DNA from: Schmidtea polychroa
Lineage: Eukaryota
NCBI GenBank assembly: GCA_044892525.1
Contig: CM097887.1
Span: forward strand, 55,614,001 to 55,678,000
Direction: 5' to 3'
Length of the DNA stretch: 64,000 bases
The position numbers and the translations under genes were made by a program. The notes below the pieces were generated by a model. The model had not been told where the DNA came from. It worked only from the letters and a program-made list of their open reading frames with translations, and searched no databases. This document shows, piece by piece, positions 47,770-60,946 of this stretch. Position 1 is the first letter of the stretch; the number at the start of each line of letters is the position of its first letter.

Positions 47770-49420
47770 TATTATTGGATGGAATCATCAGTGGAGTTGA
47801 GATCCAATGTTCCATGTTTCAAGGTACCTTCGGGATGCTTGGATCGGTGGGAACATTGGTTCTTCAATCGCTCGGTTGACACAAGGGCCGAAATGTGGGG
47901 CTTCTCCAGGTCGGTCGCCGGTAGATGAAAAAGTTGAGAAGTATATTTATCAAACAAATCATCATAATTGAGTTGTAAAGTATGCACATAGAGTAGAACA
48001 CTCAAGAAATCGTTGATGGAATATTGAAGAGAATGTCGCAGTGATTGAGGCGTCGAAGATCCAACACATCAGAAAATTCGGTCTACAAAGTCGTTTACTC
48101 ATGAAACATAACACTATTGAGAATTCTTGTGTGACATCGACAAGCTAAATTACACAGAACATGAGTATGATTTTCAGTTAAGTCCAACGAGAATAGCTAG
48201 GAAAATAATAGAGTGAATCAACAAAAATTCTGAGAATCACTAAGCATATTTTCATTAAGTATATTTTTGGATTATCCACCAAATTAACATAGCATGCAGT
48301 CTTTCAGGCATCACATACTAAGAGAATTTGGTATTAAATTCATGAAATCACCAAACCTCAATGGTCTCTCAAATCACACGTTTAACTCTTGAGCCAAGAC
48401 ACAGCGTTCACAAGAATCAACACAACAGCTGCAGAAATATGAAGGGTCGAGAACATCTCCCCTTCTTCCCGAGTGGGCTCTATGTAATTATAATAAAAAT
48501 TTTGATTTTTTTAGCTCCAGCAAATCGATTTGAAATTCAATTACTTAGATTCTAGGACCTCCATTCGAAAGCCATTTTATATGTAAATATTTTGTAGCTC
48601 GGTAAATTTTTATTATTTTGTTATGTTAAAACTTGTAGATATCGAATAGCATTAGTGTAGTATAAATTAAAATTTAATAATGAAAGCTTTTCTTTTCGAT
48701 CGCAACAATGAATTTAATAATTATTTATTTAATCCTTTTTGTAATAATCACAAATGTAATTGTTTTCAAATAACATGTCGTAACGAGGTTCAATAATGGT
48801 ATTCTGTAAAATGACAAATTCAAAATTTATATTTTCGTTTCGTATATTTTATTGTGATGCCGAATCATCAGCGGAGTTGAGGTCCGATGTTCTATGATTC
48901 AGGGTACCCTTGGGATGCTTGAATCGGCAGGAGCATGGGCTCTTTAATCGTTCAACTTGACACAAATGCCGAAATGTGAGGGCTTCCTCACTGATCCGTC
49001 TCCGGTAGATGAAGGAGCAGAGTAATGTACAGATCGGATACATCTTCACCAATGAGCTACTAAATCTACACTTAGGAATATTTGGGATATATTAGGAAGT
49101 ACAACATCATTAAAACACAATCGCAGAACATCGACGAACTAAATTTCCTGATATTTGAGAACGAGAGATTATAGCCACAACGAGAATGGTGACATAAGTC
49201 GATAGAAGATAGATTAATACAATTTTCATGAGTTTCTGAGTAAAATCGCTGAAATCCAGAAGAAATGCCACAAGAATCTTTCAATAGGTAAGATACACCA
49301 AATTTCGTAGCACACATAATAGGTAAATGCCGATGACGAGCATGGCCAACTGACAATTTACAGATATCCATTAACGATAGCGAATAGACCAACGTCAAAC
49401 AGATCACAAAACACGAATTC
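47770..49420 (+). repeat. Two diverged tandem copies of a decayed ORF-like repeat (47770-48250 and 48850-49420)
   Basis: GAATCATCAG.GGAGTTGAG.TCC.ATGTTC...GGTACC.T.GGGATGCTTG occurs in both; many stops. Confidence 0.65.
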
Positions 49421-49699
49421 ACATTAAGTGTTATCTACGCAGTAGAAAGCTCACAGTGATAAGGGTTAATCAGCATAAATTAACCAAATAGTAGAAAGCG
49501 ATGTAAATAAAATATCTGAGCAACTAGCTGTGAGAGCAATAGAGAATATGCGAGGTAGTAGCTAGCACATGTAGATGATGATTCTAGCGCTTATGGAAAA
49601 CTACACAATTAGTTTGACGATCGTACAAAAGCAATCTAGCAATCATACATAGAATAATTACATTTATTATCAATTACAATCATTTAATAGTGATAAGCA

Positions 49700-50012
49700 T
49701 AGCTTTTTCTCTGGACAAAAAGGTGCCGGAACGCCGATGACAGGAAACAATTTTAATGACGTAGTATATTAATGGCGTATATTTACCGCCAGGTGTATTA
49801 TATAATAGTAATAACACATAGGGAGCACGGAGATAGGATTCACTCGCTTTGGCGTACGACTACTACTTTTAATTTGATTGTAATTGACTATTTAAAATAT
49901 CAGAAATAGAAATATGACAAAAAACCAAAACATGTCAATTTTTTAAAATCATTCAGCGAAAAAAGGTGCCGGAACGCCTTTCCGGAGCGTTCCGTCAGAA
50001 AAAAAAATCACT
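49700..50012. mobile_element. hAT-type MITE
   Basis: Subterminal AAAAAGGTGCCGGAACGCC twice; right end AAAAAAAATCACTG. Confidence 0.45.
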
Positions 50013-50308
50013 GGTAATAAGGTAAATTACATAAATTTTCATTTACCATTTAATTAAATTTACTGTTTAATAAATATACTAATCTCTTTTTTGTAGATAT
50101 AGTAATTGAAATATATTTAATATTTAATTGAAAATTTTTGCAAATGATATTGAGAAGTTTTTCTTGTTCCTCGCCTCTATTCTACGTAATTTTTCTTGTT
50201 GTAATAAGAACTCTCCATTCGAGGGCAACCAATGTACGTCTTAATTCTTCTGACACCTAGAAAAACTGCTTTGTGTATTATACTTATAAGGAATCATGAC
50301 TATTACAG

Positions 50309-51410
50309 TGTTAGATGATGAGGGTAGGCCCATCACTACATTTACCCTAGACAAATACTATAGGACAGGGCCCAAAAAATATAGAGTGAACGTGTACGCC
50401 GAAGAGCGTAGGTAGATAGATGTTCTAACAAGCAACCCAATTTCAGGCAAACCAATTCAATCCAACGATCAGCTTATGAGCCAGAAAATTCAAAATGTTG
50501 ATTCAAAATATTGACAATCATGTGTTGACTAAATTTATTATTTACTTTATGCATCCTGTGTCATTCGTGACTATTCTTTATTTTCGTTATTGGTGTATAT
50601 GTTAATCATTTTTATTTTGTACATATTTTTGAGTAGATTTTAATATATCTTTCTGTATACATATTTAATATTTTTATAAAAGGGTAAATTAAATCATTAA
50701 TAATTAGTTTTATAAGTAAAGATAAATAATATAACAATAAATAAGTTTTAATTAACTTTAATTCGATATTTAACAAAAAAGTTTTATAATTTCGTTAAAC
50801 AGCATAAATTTTAACAATAAGTTTTAATTAATTTTAACAACAAAAAATTTTTATAATTTCGTTAAACAGCTGAAAAATTTTATTCATAAACAGCTGAAAA
50901 AATATTTTAGAAATAATAAGTGTTCTTTAAAACAAGATAATAGTCGTATGAAAAATATTGAATAATTAACAAGTGTCTTTTGAAATAAAATAAAAACTAA
51001 TTATTTTTTAAAACTTAAAAAATAATAATTAATAAAATTATAAGTATTACTAAAATAACAGCTGCCCTAAAAATTAGCATAAATAGCGACAAAAAATTAG
51101 TTTTAGTCGCCCAAAAATCTTGCGAAGAAATTCTTATTCAAAGGTTAATCCTTCGAATAAATTAATAATTGAATCAGCACAGAAAGATTCACACTAACTA
51201 AGCTTGCTAAGATATAACACGCATATATAACAAATAACAAAGACATATATTTTCACACGCATTTCAGTGGAGGATTGGAAATTTCTGTAGATTCGGTAAT
51301 TTTTGATCATAATAAATTTTTATATACACATATTTGTTCTGTTTTGATATATATATATATATATATAAGAACCAGCAAGTTGAGTGTTCCCGAATATCGA
51401 GACCTCAACA
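50309..51410 (+). mobile_element. Solo LTR with 4-bp TSD ACAG
   Basis: TGTTAGATGATG...GACCTCAACA; ACAG at 50305-50308 and 51411-51414; homologous to LTR 57483-58466. Confidence 0.92.
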
Positions 51411-53039
51411 ACAGGAAATTTTCACCATGTATATTTTTCTAGAAAAATGTCTAAACAAACGATTAAGGTCTTACTGGCCTCATACTTCTGTGTGCTTTCA
51501 AGACCAGCATTATAAAAGCTCTCCAGATCCAAATTGGCTTGTTGAAAAAACGAATAGAGCAATTAGAGGGGGCATGTTTATCTCCGACCCAAATGAAGAA
51601 GGTACAAAAGAAGTTATTTCGCAGCGAGCACTGTCACGATAGCGTAGTTAATAAAGAACTTTGTTGTCTAAAATTTGTTAATTTTCTAGAAGAATAGGAA
51701 GTTGAAAGGAGCTACAGTGACAACAAGGAGGGTCTTTGATTACTCATAGGGTCCGGTTCGGTAGGAAGTCTCTGAGAATGTGGTGCGGTAAGAGTCGGAT
51801 GATGTTAAGACGTAAGTCCTCCTATCGGCAGTCGGATGCAGTGATATTGTTGATATCAGGATTGTTTAACATAAAAGGAAAATGATCTGCATTTGTAAAA
51901 GAATCTGAAATCCCCACAAAATAGGTAATGATACGATATTACAAAATATATTCTCCAACGATCGAGGCCAGAGACAGCAATAGGAACATAAATGTGAAAA
52001 AATCGTCGACAACACTGCCATACGGTGTAAACAACTATACATCCATAACACGAATGGTCAGCTTCTTGCATAAACACCGAAGAAATCGATAGGACAAGGA
52101 CGATCATCCGTATAATGTCAAGTCATCTATAGTGCACCAAATATCGTCATTTATTCTGTAAGAACTCGCTGACACAGGTCCAGTCATTGATGACATGAAC
52201 ATTCTATCATTATTATGAACTTTCTTAACAGCACCAAACAAACTACGACACCAGTGCCTTTTGTTACCCACGGCTTACTCCATATATTATTGAATCTGAT
52301 TCACTCACATGCTGATTGTTAACTACACCAAAGTGATCTTAACAGAGTGCAGTTACCCTATGTCGCCTATAGCGAAATATCATGATCACTGTTTCATACA
52401 AATGGATATGTCATCGTGACCCTTATTGATTGCGCTTTGTCATTAGGTGTGCGCTCACCCCTGTAATGACTCCCGGATGGTTATTATTAAAACCTCGCCA
52501 GCCCTCCAAAAACTTGACTTCTCTGGCTTTGTGTCCATCAACCTCAGATCTTGGTCGAAATAGGGTTTCTTGCTGTGTGTTTTCCTAACTCAGTGTGTAT
52601 ACGAATTAATGCGTATAGGTCAAAGTTCGTTTTGTAGTTCTTCCGCCGAATTATAAAGAATATAACGAGATAATAATCTCTTTAAAGAACCATTTGAAAG
52701 AAAAATAATAATTTCAAAAATGTACGGGTTTGACTCTGTGCGTACGTTCGGCCGATATCTTAAACCTACTAAGTCTTTCTTTAGACAAATCCTTAACTAG
52801 TTACCTTTTGTCAAATAACCTCCAACTACCTATTTTTGACCTGGATAACGATTTGGGGAGTGCCTGATAATTCTTCCCCCCTCCGAGCTTAAATGCCACC
52901 CTACAATAGTTCCTAAGAGGAGTTAGGAAATACAAACCTCAATGAACCGAATCATTCCTTGAGGATTTTTGACAACCTCGGGGTTCCCTCCATGGCGAAA
53001 CATAGCGAATAAAATTTCTATTTGGTTTTCGTCTTATTT

Positions 53040-53220
53040 AACCTTCAGTTAAAACCATGTTTCAATTGCACTGAAAAGAACGCCGAAATAGCGCTCATAC
53101 TCGAGGAAAATTGACTCTTCCGTGAAAAAATAGATCGCCTGGAGGGCACATGGTTTTCGCCCTTCCAAATGAAGGAGAGAGTTGAGCACTGTCGAAGCAT
53201 AAAACCCAATTTCAAATAAG
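53040..53220 (+). pseudogene. WFSP ORF fragment
   Basis: KPCFNCTEKNAEIALILEEN*LFREKIDRLEGTWFSPFQMKERVE. Confidence 0.7.
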
Positions 53221-53879
53221 TACGAAAGATATCCAATTCAAAATTTTTGGCCCAGTCGCTACGTTATCCAGACCTTTAATAATTCGTTTCCAGCGCCTTT
53301 AAGTTATCGACCAAACTCACCTCTGCCCAACCAGATTGGCCTACGCTGATTCTTACTGTCATTTAAACATCAACCTTTAGCGCACTCTAGCCATTATTGT
53401 GATTACCATTGCTCATACTTTCCATATTTCACGAATCCCACATCGAAATTTCCAATCGATATCATAACTTTCTTGAATTTTCTTCTAAGCTGACAAAACT
53501 AATTAAAAAAAATTGGTGAGTCAAAACGGAATTTTCAAATCTTAAAGCATCAAGCAAATTTGAATAGGCTAATAGAGGCAGTCACTTGACAACAGTTCTG
53601 AAATACCGTAACTAGGGTTAATATTTGTATAAAATGCATTAGATGGACCTACATTAGATTTATAAATACTTATACGCAGATATCAATAATCATTTCATGT
53701 TGATAGCGATCTACACCGGCCCACCAGGAAATTGTATCAGAATTGTAATCGATATACAATTTCTTGGCCTAAAAATGGTGTCAGCAAACATAGGGGTTGC
53801 ATTTAACAACTAGCTTCAACAGTATTTTTTACTAATTCTTACAATCAAACTTAGAAGAATACTAATAAATTTATTTACA

Positions 53880-54900
53880 TCAAACATGCCTGTTTAACAG
53901 CTCAGGCAATATCCAGTTATTTTTTTCTTCACAATAAACCTTTTCAAATGCAGTTAAAAGACTCAATGCGTGATTTACACCAATTTCATATACACTAATA
54001 CTAATCAAGGAAGTTGCTATTTCATTTTCAGTTAGCATGAGAAACAATGCCTTAGCGATTCCACAACAATCTAACTTTAATTCTTCATTTGAATTAAAGA
54101 AAGTCACATTACTCATTTCACTAAATAACGTATTTGTTTTGAAAAATTTATTAAAATAATAATTCACATGATTTGAAAAATCGACCTATTAAATTAAGTA
54201 ATAAAATATCATTTCAATGAATTAAACCTGCTGTTCAAATGCTGGAAAGCTCGTCAATATTGAAACATTAGAAATTTTCAATTCCAGTACCAGTTTTAAA
54301 AGTTCTTTAGTAAAAATTAAATTCAATCCTTTAATAACAGGAGATCTTTGTTGCAAAACTAATAGTTTCTTTTCAACACATTCATAAATCTAAAAATCAT
54401 TAACATATAAATAATAGAAAAAATTATAACCTGTAGAGATGTAGTAAGTTCGCGAGTTTTTGAAGAACCAACAACAGAAATAACACATTTACTGTCGACG
54501 AAGCCTATATTAATAAAATTAAACGATGAAAGCAAAATATCATTAGATAATTGCGGAATGTGTCCTGGTGATATTGACGGTATAACAAGTGTGTATGAGT
54601 TATTTGCGATACGATGAGTATCACAATTTTTATTAGGATAGAACATTTTTGAAATATTTTCAATAAAGTAAGGAGTTATTTAAACAATAGTCATTTCAAT
54701 AAAAACATAATTATTGAACCACTTACAGCAAATATCATTTAAAATTATATTTCAAATTATTAATGAATATATAAATTCAATTATTAAAAATTAGAAATAA
54801 TAAATTTAATTTTGTCTATGTCATTAATCTAAAGATACAGGGTGATAATTTAAATTCTTGTAGTTTTACTTCCATATGTGTTGGAATAGTTTTTGAGCAA
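53880..54900 (-). CDS. Probable exons of an unidentified host gene
   Basis: Two ~95-codon stop-free, globular-looking frames (53880-54167 and 54359-54646) with intron-like AT-rich spacers; family not recognised. Confidence 0.35.
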
Positions 54901-55003
54901 TAATCAAAAAGAGTATTGTTTATCTGAAACGATAATTCAGCGCTAATATGGGAAAAATGAGAAAACGATGAGAAAACCAAGAAAAAAATAAAAATATAAT
55001 GAA

Positions 55004-55890
55004 TGTTGGCGCTTAGGGGTATGTCATTTTAAATGTGTTAGTGGTACTTGTAGATTTTGAATTGACTTCTTCCGAAACGCCTTCATGATTATTGTACTTT
55101 ATACCATTTGCTTTCCCATGGCGACAACCATGTTGGTGCTGTACACAATGGCTAAAAATCAATGAGCAGTTGAACTCTACTGCTAAAACTACTCATGATA
55201 TTTTCATTTTCGGGTTCTGGACTGCCGATAGAAGGTCTTACGTCATCGTTCATTATCTAGTTCTTTCTTAGATTATTGTCGTTCATTCAGTTAATTGTTG
55301 TCCTCATTTCTGGATGTTTTCTATTGTTCCTTTCTAAAGTTTTGAGCAAGGATCCGCCCTTATTTCCCAGTTTAAGAATGTCATCCTATACTTTCTGCAA
55401 TACTAGTGAATATTCAACTTAATCTCCAAAAATTTGAGCAGGGATGGGCCAATATTTCTAATCCTAACATATGTTTGATTCCAGCTACTCGAGAATTCTC
55501 TAACAGTACTCAAAACTAAACCTTTGCTACTTATCAATGATCTCACTTTCTTATCTCAATAAAATTCATAAAAAGGCATCAACGATTGATAACGATATCA
55601 TTGTGCTACCTATACCCTACTCAAAATACTTACAGTGACGGACTCATAGGAGACCCTCCAATCCGAGATCCAATCAGCTGAAATGATTGAAAACTCCAGC
55701 TGACCTGTAAACAGAAATATCGTACGATCACTTCCGCCGTGGCCACACCGGGTCTCAACACCCTTCTCTGAAATCACTCCAAAAACATCAAATTTAGCAT
55801 TAGAAATAACAATAAAAAGAACATAAAACAAAAAAAACTAAATTGAATTTAAAGATTTATTGACTTAGGACATTACATAAAAATTACTTA
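55004..55890. repeat. Second copy of the TGTTGGCGCT LTR-like repeat
   Basis: Colinear with 7600-8475. Confidence 0.65.
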
Positions 55891-56499
55891 ATCAAAAACA
55901 AACCGACCACAATGGCATAGACCGAAAACTGAGAGCCGGTTAAGACGACACAAAAATTTTGTTTAAAATTTCTTCGAAATAATTGTTTATTCAAAAAAAG
56001 TCTAACAAGTAGTTATTGAACTGAATTTGCAATCAGTATTTATACTGATTTTGATTGCATTCTCTGCTACTAAATCCAATTAGAATGCGGTAAATTTGAA
56101 TTACTTTTACACACATGCATGAGTGTGTGCAATTATTTATTTTTAATTTAATTGATTAAATTATTTAATTAAATTATTTAATTTTTATTAATTTTCACAA
56201 TTTAATTTTATAAATTTTATAATTTAAATAATTTTTTACTAATTTTTTTTTAAATTTTACTATTTTTCCATGTTAATAGAAATTTTTTAGATTCAATTTT
56301 TCAATTTATTTATTTCTTTATTTTATCTCATTTAATCTTTTAAATAAAATTTTCCTGTTCCTTTTCTTAACGTATGCACTCATTGCCATAGTTCCTTCGT
56401 ATGTAAATACGACGAATAATCCTTCTTAAAATTTCTTTTTCACATTATTAATTAATTTATTATCAATTATTATTTTATTTATCATTCCTCTATTTTTCT

Positions 56500-56850
56500 A
56501 GTTGGTAGATTTTTTGAATGCGATATTCCTCTCTTAACTGTGTTGGTGATTGCAACTTGGCTTGATCTTAGAGTTCACGTCCTTATCTATGGTCATCTAA
56601 TGAAGTTGAGTCTCCACCTGGCATTCCTGGAGGCGGAGGGCTCAGATCTCCTCTGATCTTGAGCGCTCCGAAGTTGCAGTTGTTGAATCAACTTCAGGCG
56701 CTTCGGCATTTCGGTGGAACTGAACTATGTGCCTTCCGGTTCTCTGCACTGCCCCTTGAATTTGGCGAGCCTTGTTTGCAATCCCTCGGCCTGTCGTTGT
56801 GCCTGTTCTCACTCGTGCCGCAGGTTTTCGAATAGTTTGAACACTGAATC
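56500..56850 (-). pseudogene. Decayed short-form WFSP ORF
   Basis: FKLFENLRHE*EQAQRQAEGLQTRLAKFKGQCREPEGT*FSSTEMPKR. Confidence 0.7.
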
Positions 56851-57482
56851 AATAATAATGAGATAAACGGGTTCTATCAGTTAGGTTAATAACACGAGTG
56901 GAAAAATTTATTTATTGCAAACGGGAGCCCCGAAAAATTAAGTTTTCCCGAGATGATGGATAGCGAGGTAATAAGTTCCTACAACTATTCTCAATATTTG
57001 ATAATGTTTAAACAAACCGAAATACTTTGGAAAACTAGACATAAAACAGAATATATTGTAAACTAAAAACAGATTAAGTACAGCATTTGAAAAATAACAT
57101 TTAATATTAATACAGTAATAATAAGGGTGCTCATAACAATCTGGATACTTCTAAGGGGATAAAAGGATTCTAGTTAAATCTTTCGTTTAAAGAAGCTCGG
57201 TTTAGATGATTGGTACGTTTAATTGATTCTATTAATATACTCACTGTCCCTATACACGTATACATACAATTATCGGCTATAGAATATGAGGGGGTCGATC
57301 AAAAAAAATTTCAAATTGTATTTTTAAATTAGTATATATTTCAAGGCAATTGAAGGACAGTTTGATTTGCTCAGCTCACCTTTTGTCTGTCACATTTAAA
57401 CAACTACTAAAGAACTGCAGATGGACCTGATTTGTTTGCAAGTTGACAACTCTTTAAAGAGGGACTTTGAAAGTAAACAACT

Positions 57483-58466
57483 TGTTAGATGATGGAGGTA
57501 GACCCATCACTACATTTACCCTAAATAAGTATTATAAGACTGGGCCCAAAAAATATAGAATCAATGTGTGCGCTGAAGAGCGTAAGTAAATCAAATAACC
57601 CAATTCTCCAGCAATCCAATGCATCAAATAGCAACCAACAATTCAATCCCTCAATTAGATTCATCAAATGATGACAATAACTTCTGTGTGATGAATTAAC
57701 ATTGACCTATTCATTTTTCATTCTGTATATAAAATTTTAGTGTATCTTATTGACATTATTCTATGTGCCCTATTTATTTCATTGTGTGACATTTCTATGT
57801 ATTTCTAACTTTATTTATTTCTATTTCTATTTTTATTTGTGATTGTATTGGTAAACACAAAAAATAAATATATATATAAAGGGTAATTAATATTTATAGA
57901 TAATAATAATAATTATTATAACAGTAATAATAATGGCAATAGTAATAGTAATGTTAATGATGATAATAGTAGTGATAATTAATTAATTAATATGAAACAA
58001 AAATATTTTGAATTTAATCAGTCTAACGAGACTGAAAGAATTTAAAAGAGTGAAATTTAATTCTGACGAGACTGAATAAAATTTAAAATAATTAATTTAT
58101 ATGAACCAAAATTCACTATATAAACGACTCACAAAGTCAGTGCAGTCGCCCAAAAATCTAGCGAAGAATTTTTCTTTATTCAAGGGTTAATCCTGCGGAT
58201 AAATTAATAACTGAATCAGTACAGAAAGATTCACAGAATATAAAAACTTACTAAGACATACACGCACACATAACAATTAACAGATACATAATTTTACACG
58301 CATTTCAGTGAAAGAAATCGATCAATAATTGTCAATCTATTTAGAATCGAAATTTGTAGAGATTTGGTAATTTTTGATTTCAATAAACATTTATATACAC
58401 TTATTTGCTTTGTTATATATATAAGAACCAGTATGTTGAGTGTTCCCGAATATCGAGACCTCAACA
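57483..58466 (+). repeat. 5' LTR of a second, truncated Gypsy-like element
   Basis: TGTTAGATGATG...CTCAACA, followed by a PBS and gag. Confidence 0.9.
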
Positions 58467-58468
58467 TT

Positions 58469-58486
58469 TGGTGCCGCGAACCGGGA
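58469..58486 (+). promoter_or_regulatory. Primer-binding site, tRNA-Phe-like
   Basis: TGGTGCCGCGAACCGGGA lies 2 nt after the LTR and resembles the complement of animal tRNA-Phe 3' ends (TGGTGCCGAAACCCGGGA / TGGTGCCCCGAACCAGGA). Confidence 0.7.
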
Positions 58487-58705
58487 CTTTAAAATCAATT
58501 ATTGTTATTCACAATTTGGGGGATAGGAATTGAGATCAGAGGGTTATAGTATTTTATATTGGGAAAATATATTTATAAAAACAATATCATTGATCAATTT
58601 TAAATAAATAAATTCAGTTTTGAAAATTATTAAATAATCTAAAAGGATAAAATAGATAATCAACCCGAAATAGTTTACAATCTCAGAAATAGAATAGTCT
58701 ATAGG

Positions 58706-60946
58706 ATGAATAATAATAATAATAATTACATAAAAGTTTTACCAGTAGAACCATATAGAGGAGAGCCTGAAAAGTTCGACGATTTTTTCACTGAGATCGC
58801 TCAGTATGCAGAAGCTTGTGGTTGGACACCTGATGAATTAAAAATGAGAATCCCATTATACTTAAAAGGTTATGCGTTACAGGCATACAATAACTTAGAA
58901 TGTAAAGGGAATAATTTTGATCAACTCGTAAGATATCTAAGAGCAGAAATAGTAATCGATAGCGATTTGCAAAAAATTAATGTTCAAAAATTTAGAAATA
59001 GATATCAAGGTACTAGAGAATCAGTTGGTGAATATGTATATACAATTACGGAATTAGCGAAAAAGGCATTTGGTGCAGGCGAGCACACAGCGAAATTAAT
59101 TGAGGATCAGTTTTGGAACGGTATACAAAAATATTTATATAAAGCATTAATTATAGTAGAATATGGTAATTTAAATGAATTAGTTCATAAAGCTAAACGT
59201 ATAGAAGCAATACAACGAGATAGATTTAGCTCACATGTAGATGCAATGGAAATTCAAAAACCCATAGAGGTAAAATCTGAGTTAGGTAAGTCTGATGACA
59301 ACATCCCCTGGGAGGAGATGAAGCAACTATATTTGAACTTTGTAAAAAATAGACGAAGGGTAAGCCCGAGTCCTGATAGAAGTCAATCGCCTGAAAACAG
59401 GAGGAGGTTTGATAATGTGAGAAACAGAAACTTTGAGAATAGAAACAATACAAATACTGTTGATAGAGATAATAGATATGAATACAATAGAACTAATTAT
59501 ACGAGAGATAATCGAGTCGATTTTAGTAGAAATAATTTGAGAAATAATAAATATGATAGAAGTAATAGATATGATAATAGAGATAATACAAATGAATTGA
59601 GACGTAGACAGACAAGTCCATATAGACAGAATTCATATAGAGAAAGGCGAGGAAGCCCTTATAATAATGATGGTAGAGATAAAGTAAATTTTAATGGACA
59701 AATCAAATGTTATAATTGCCAGAAATATGGCCACTTAGCTAAAGTATGCAATAATGCACGAAGCGAATCGCCTAATAGAGTGAGATTCAAAAATGAGCCT
59801 GAGATAAAACAGATTAATAGTGCTGAGTTGATATCAGCTAATGATGAAATAAACAGTTTGAGAGAAGAATTAAAAGAATTTAAAACTCAATATGGGAGAC
59901 TTATTGAGAGAAAGTTAGAAATGTCATTAAACGAGTTTCAGTGTTTTACCAATGATGTAGATATAGATAATGATGAGTTTCGTGAAGCAAGAGAAGCGGA
60001 TGAGAAATTTCTTGCAGAAGCAAATAGATGTAAAGAATTAAAGGAGGAATTGAAAGAGACATTAGAAAAATGGCCTTACGATGATAATGAGACATTGCGT
60101 ATAATAAATAGAGTTCAAGTCGAAGGAATTGACTTAGAAAATTTGAGAAATTTGATACCACTAATGGTAAAGAGACAAAATATGACAAGAGTATTTGAAT
60201 TAGAAATAGAATTGAAAGAAATGATAAAATGTTATGGTCAATTTGTGAGAAAAAATCAGAAATTGCATGAGTCATTGAATATAACTATTGAGGCAAAGGA
60301 CCTTTCGAGAATACTTATGCGTAGTACAGGGGTACATGTTTGCACAAAAGTGAATAAAGTGAAACAGATGGCCAGAGCTAATTGGCCCGAGAAATTGAGA
60401 GATAACGATAAAGTAAAACTGTATTTTAATGGTGTAGAAATGATGAATAACGAGTATATAATTGACTATGGGGTAAACGTCATCGATAACAATATAATTT
60501 CCGCCGTAATAGAAAGGCAAGAAAGTAAGGAAACTGATACACCAACTCCATCAGTAGAATTGAGTATAAACGACGAAAACGACTATGATAAATTATTTAG
60601 ATTGTGGGATGCTTCTTCAGGAGGAGCAATGAAGTCACCAACAGCTAGCGATGAAATCTTTAAACCTATCGATACTAAATACGATAATTTACATGAGACA
60701 ATAGAAAAAATTGCGAAGCAGGTAAATATGCAGGATGCAGAGACAATGAGACGAGGTAGAGGAAGGCCTCGAAAATCGGAAATAGCCGAAAAGTCAGATG
60801 ACAGAAAGGCAGCAGAGCGTTTAAGAGATATCGCAAATAATATGAGACAGGAAGTCCCAAAAAATCAGGATAATGACAAAGATATAAAAATGATAAGAGT
60901 GGTGGGTTACAGGTGGTTGAATGTTTACGTGCTGTTACCAGCGTAA
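58706..60946 (+). CDS. gag: Gag plus linker of the second element; truncated at ~60899, so the last codons come from the adjoining cassette
   Basis: N-terminus homologous to the 10157 Gag (LPV..Y.G.PE.F..F....YA.A......RIPLYLKG); one knuckle CYNCQKYGHLAKVC; GRGRPRK...L..IA..M shared with the big element's linker. Confidence 0.88.
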   Translation: MNNNNNNYIKVLPVEPYRGEPEKFDDFFTEIAQYAEACGWTPDELKMRIPLYLKGYALQAYNNLECKGNNFDQLVRYLRAEIVIDSDLQKINVQKFRNRYQGTRESVGEYVYTITELAKKAFGAGEHTAKLIEDQFWNGIQKYLYKALIIVEYGNLNELVHKAKRIEAIQRDRFSSHVDAMEIQKPIEVKSELGKSDDNIPWEEMKQLYLNFVKNRRRVSPSPDRSQSPENRRRFDNVRNRNFENRNNTNTVDRDNRYEYNRTNYTRDNRVDFSRNNLRNNKYDRSNRYDNRDNTNELRRRQTSPYRQNSYRERRGSPYNNDGRDKVNFNGQIKCYNCQKYGHLAKVCNNARSESPNRVRFKNEPEIKQINSAELISANDEINSLREELKEFKTQYGRLIERKLEMSLNEFQCFTNDVDIDNDEFREAREADEKFLAEANRCKELKEELKETLEKWPYDDNETLRIINRVQVEGIDLENLRNLIPLMVKRQNMTRVFELEIELKEMIKCYGQFVRKNQKLHESLNITIEAKDLSRILMRSTGVHVCTKVNKVKQMARANWPEKLRDNDKVKLYFNGVEMMNNEYIIDYGVNVIDNNIISAVIERQESKETDTPTPSVELSINDENDYDKLFRLWDASSGGAMKSPTASDEIFKPIDTKYDNLHETIEKIAKQVNMQDAETMRRGRGRPRKSEIAEKSDDRKAAERLRDIANNMRQEVPKNQDNDKDIKMIRVVGYRWLNVYVLLPA

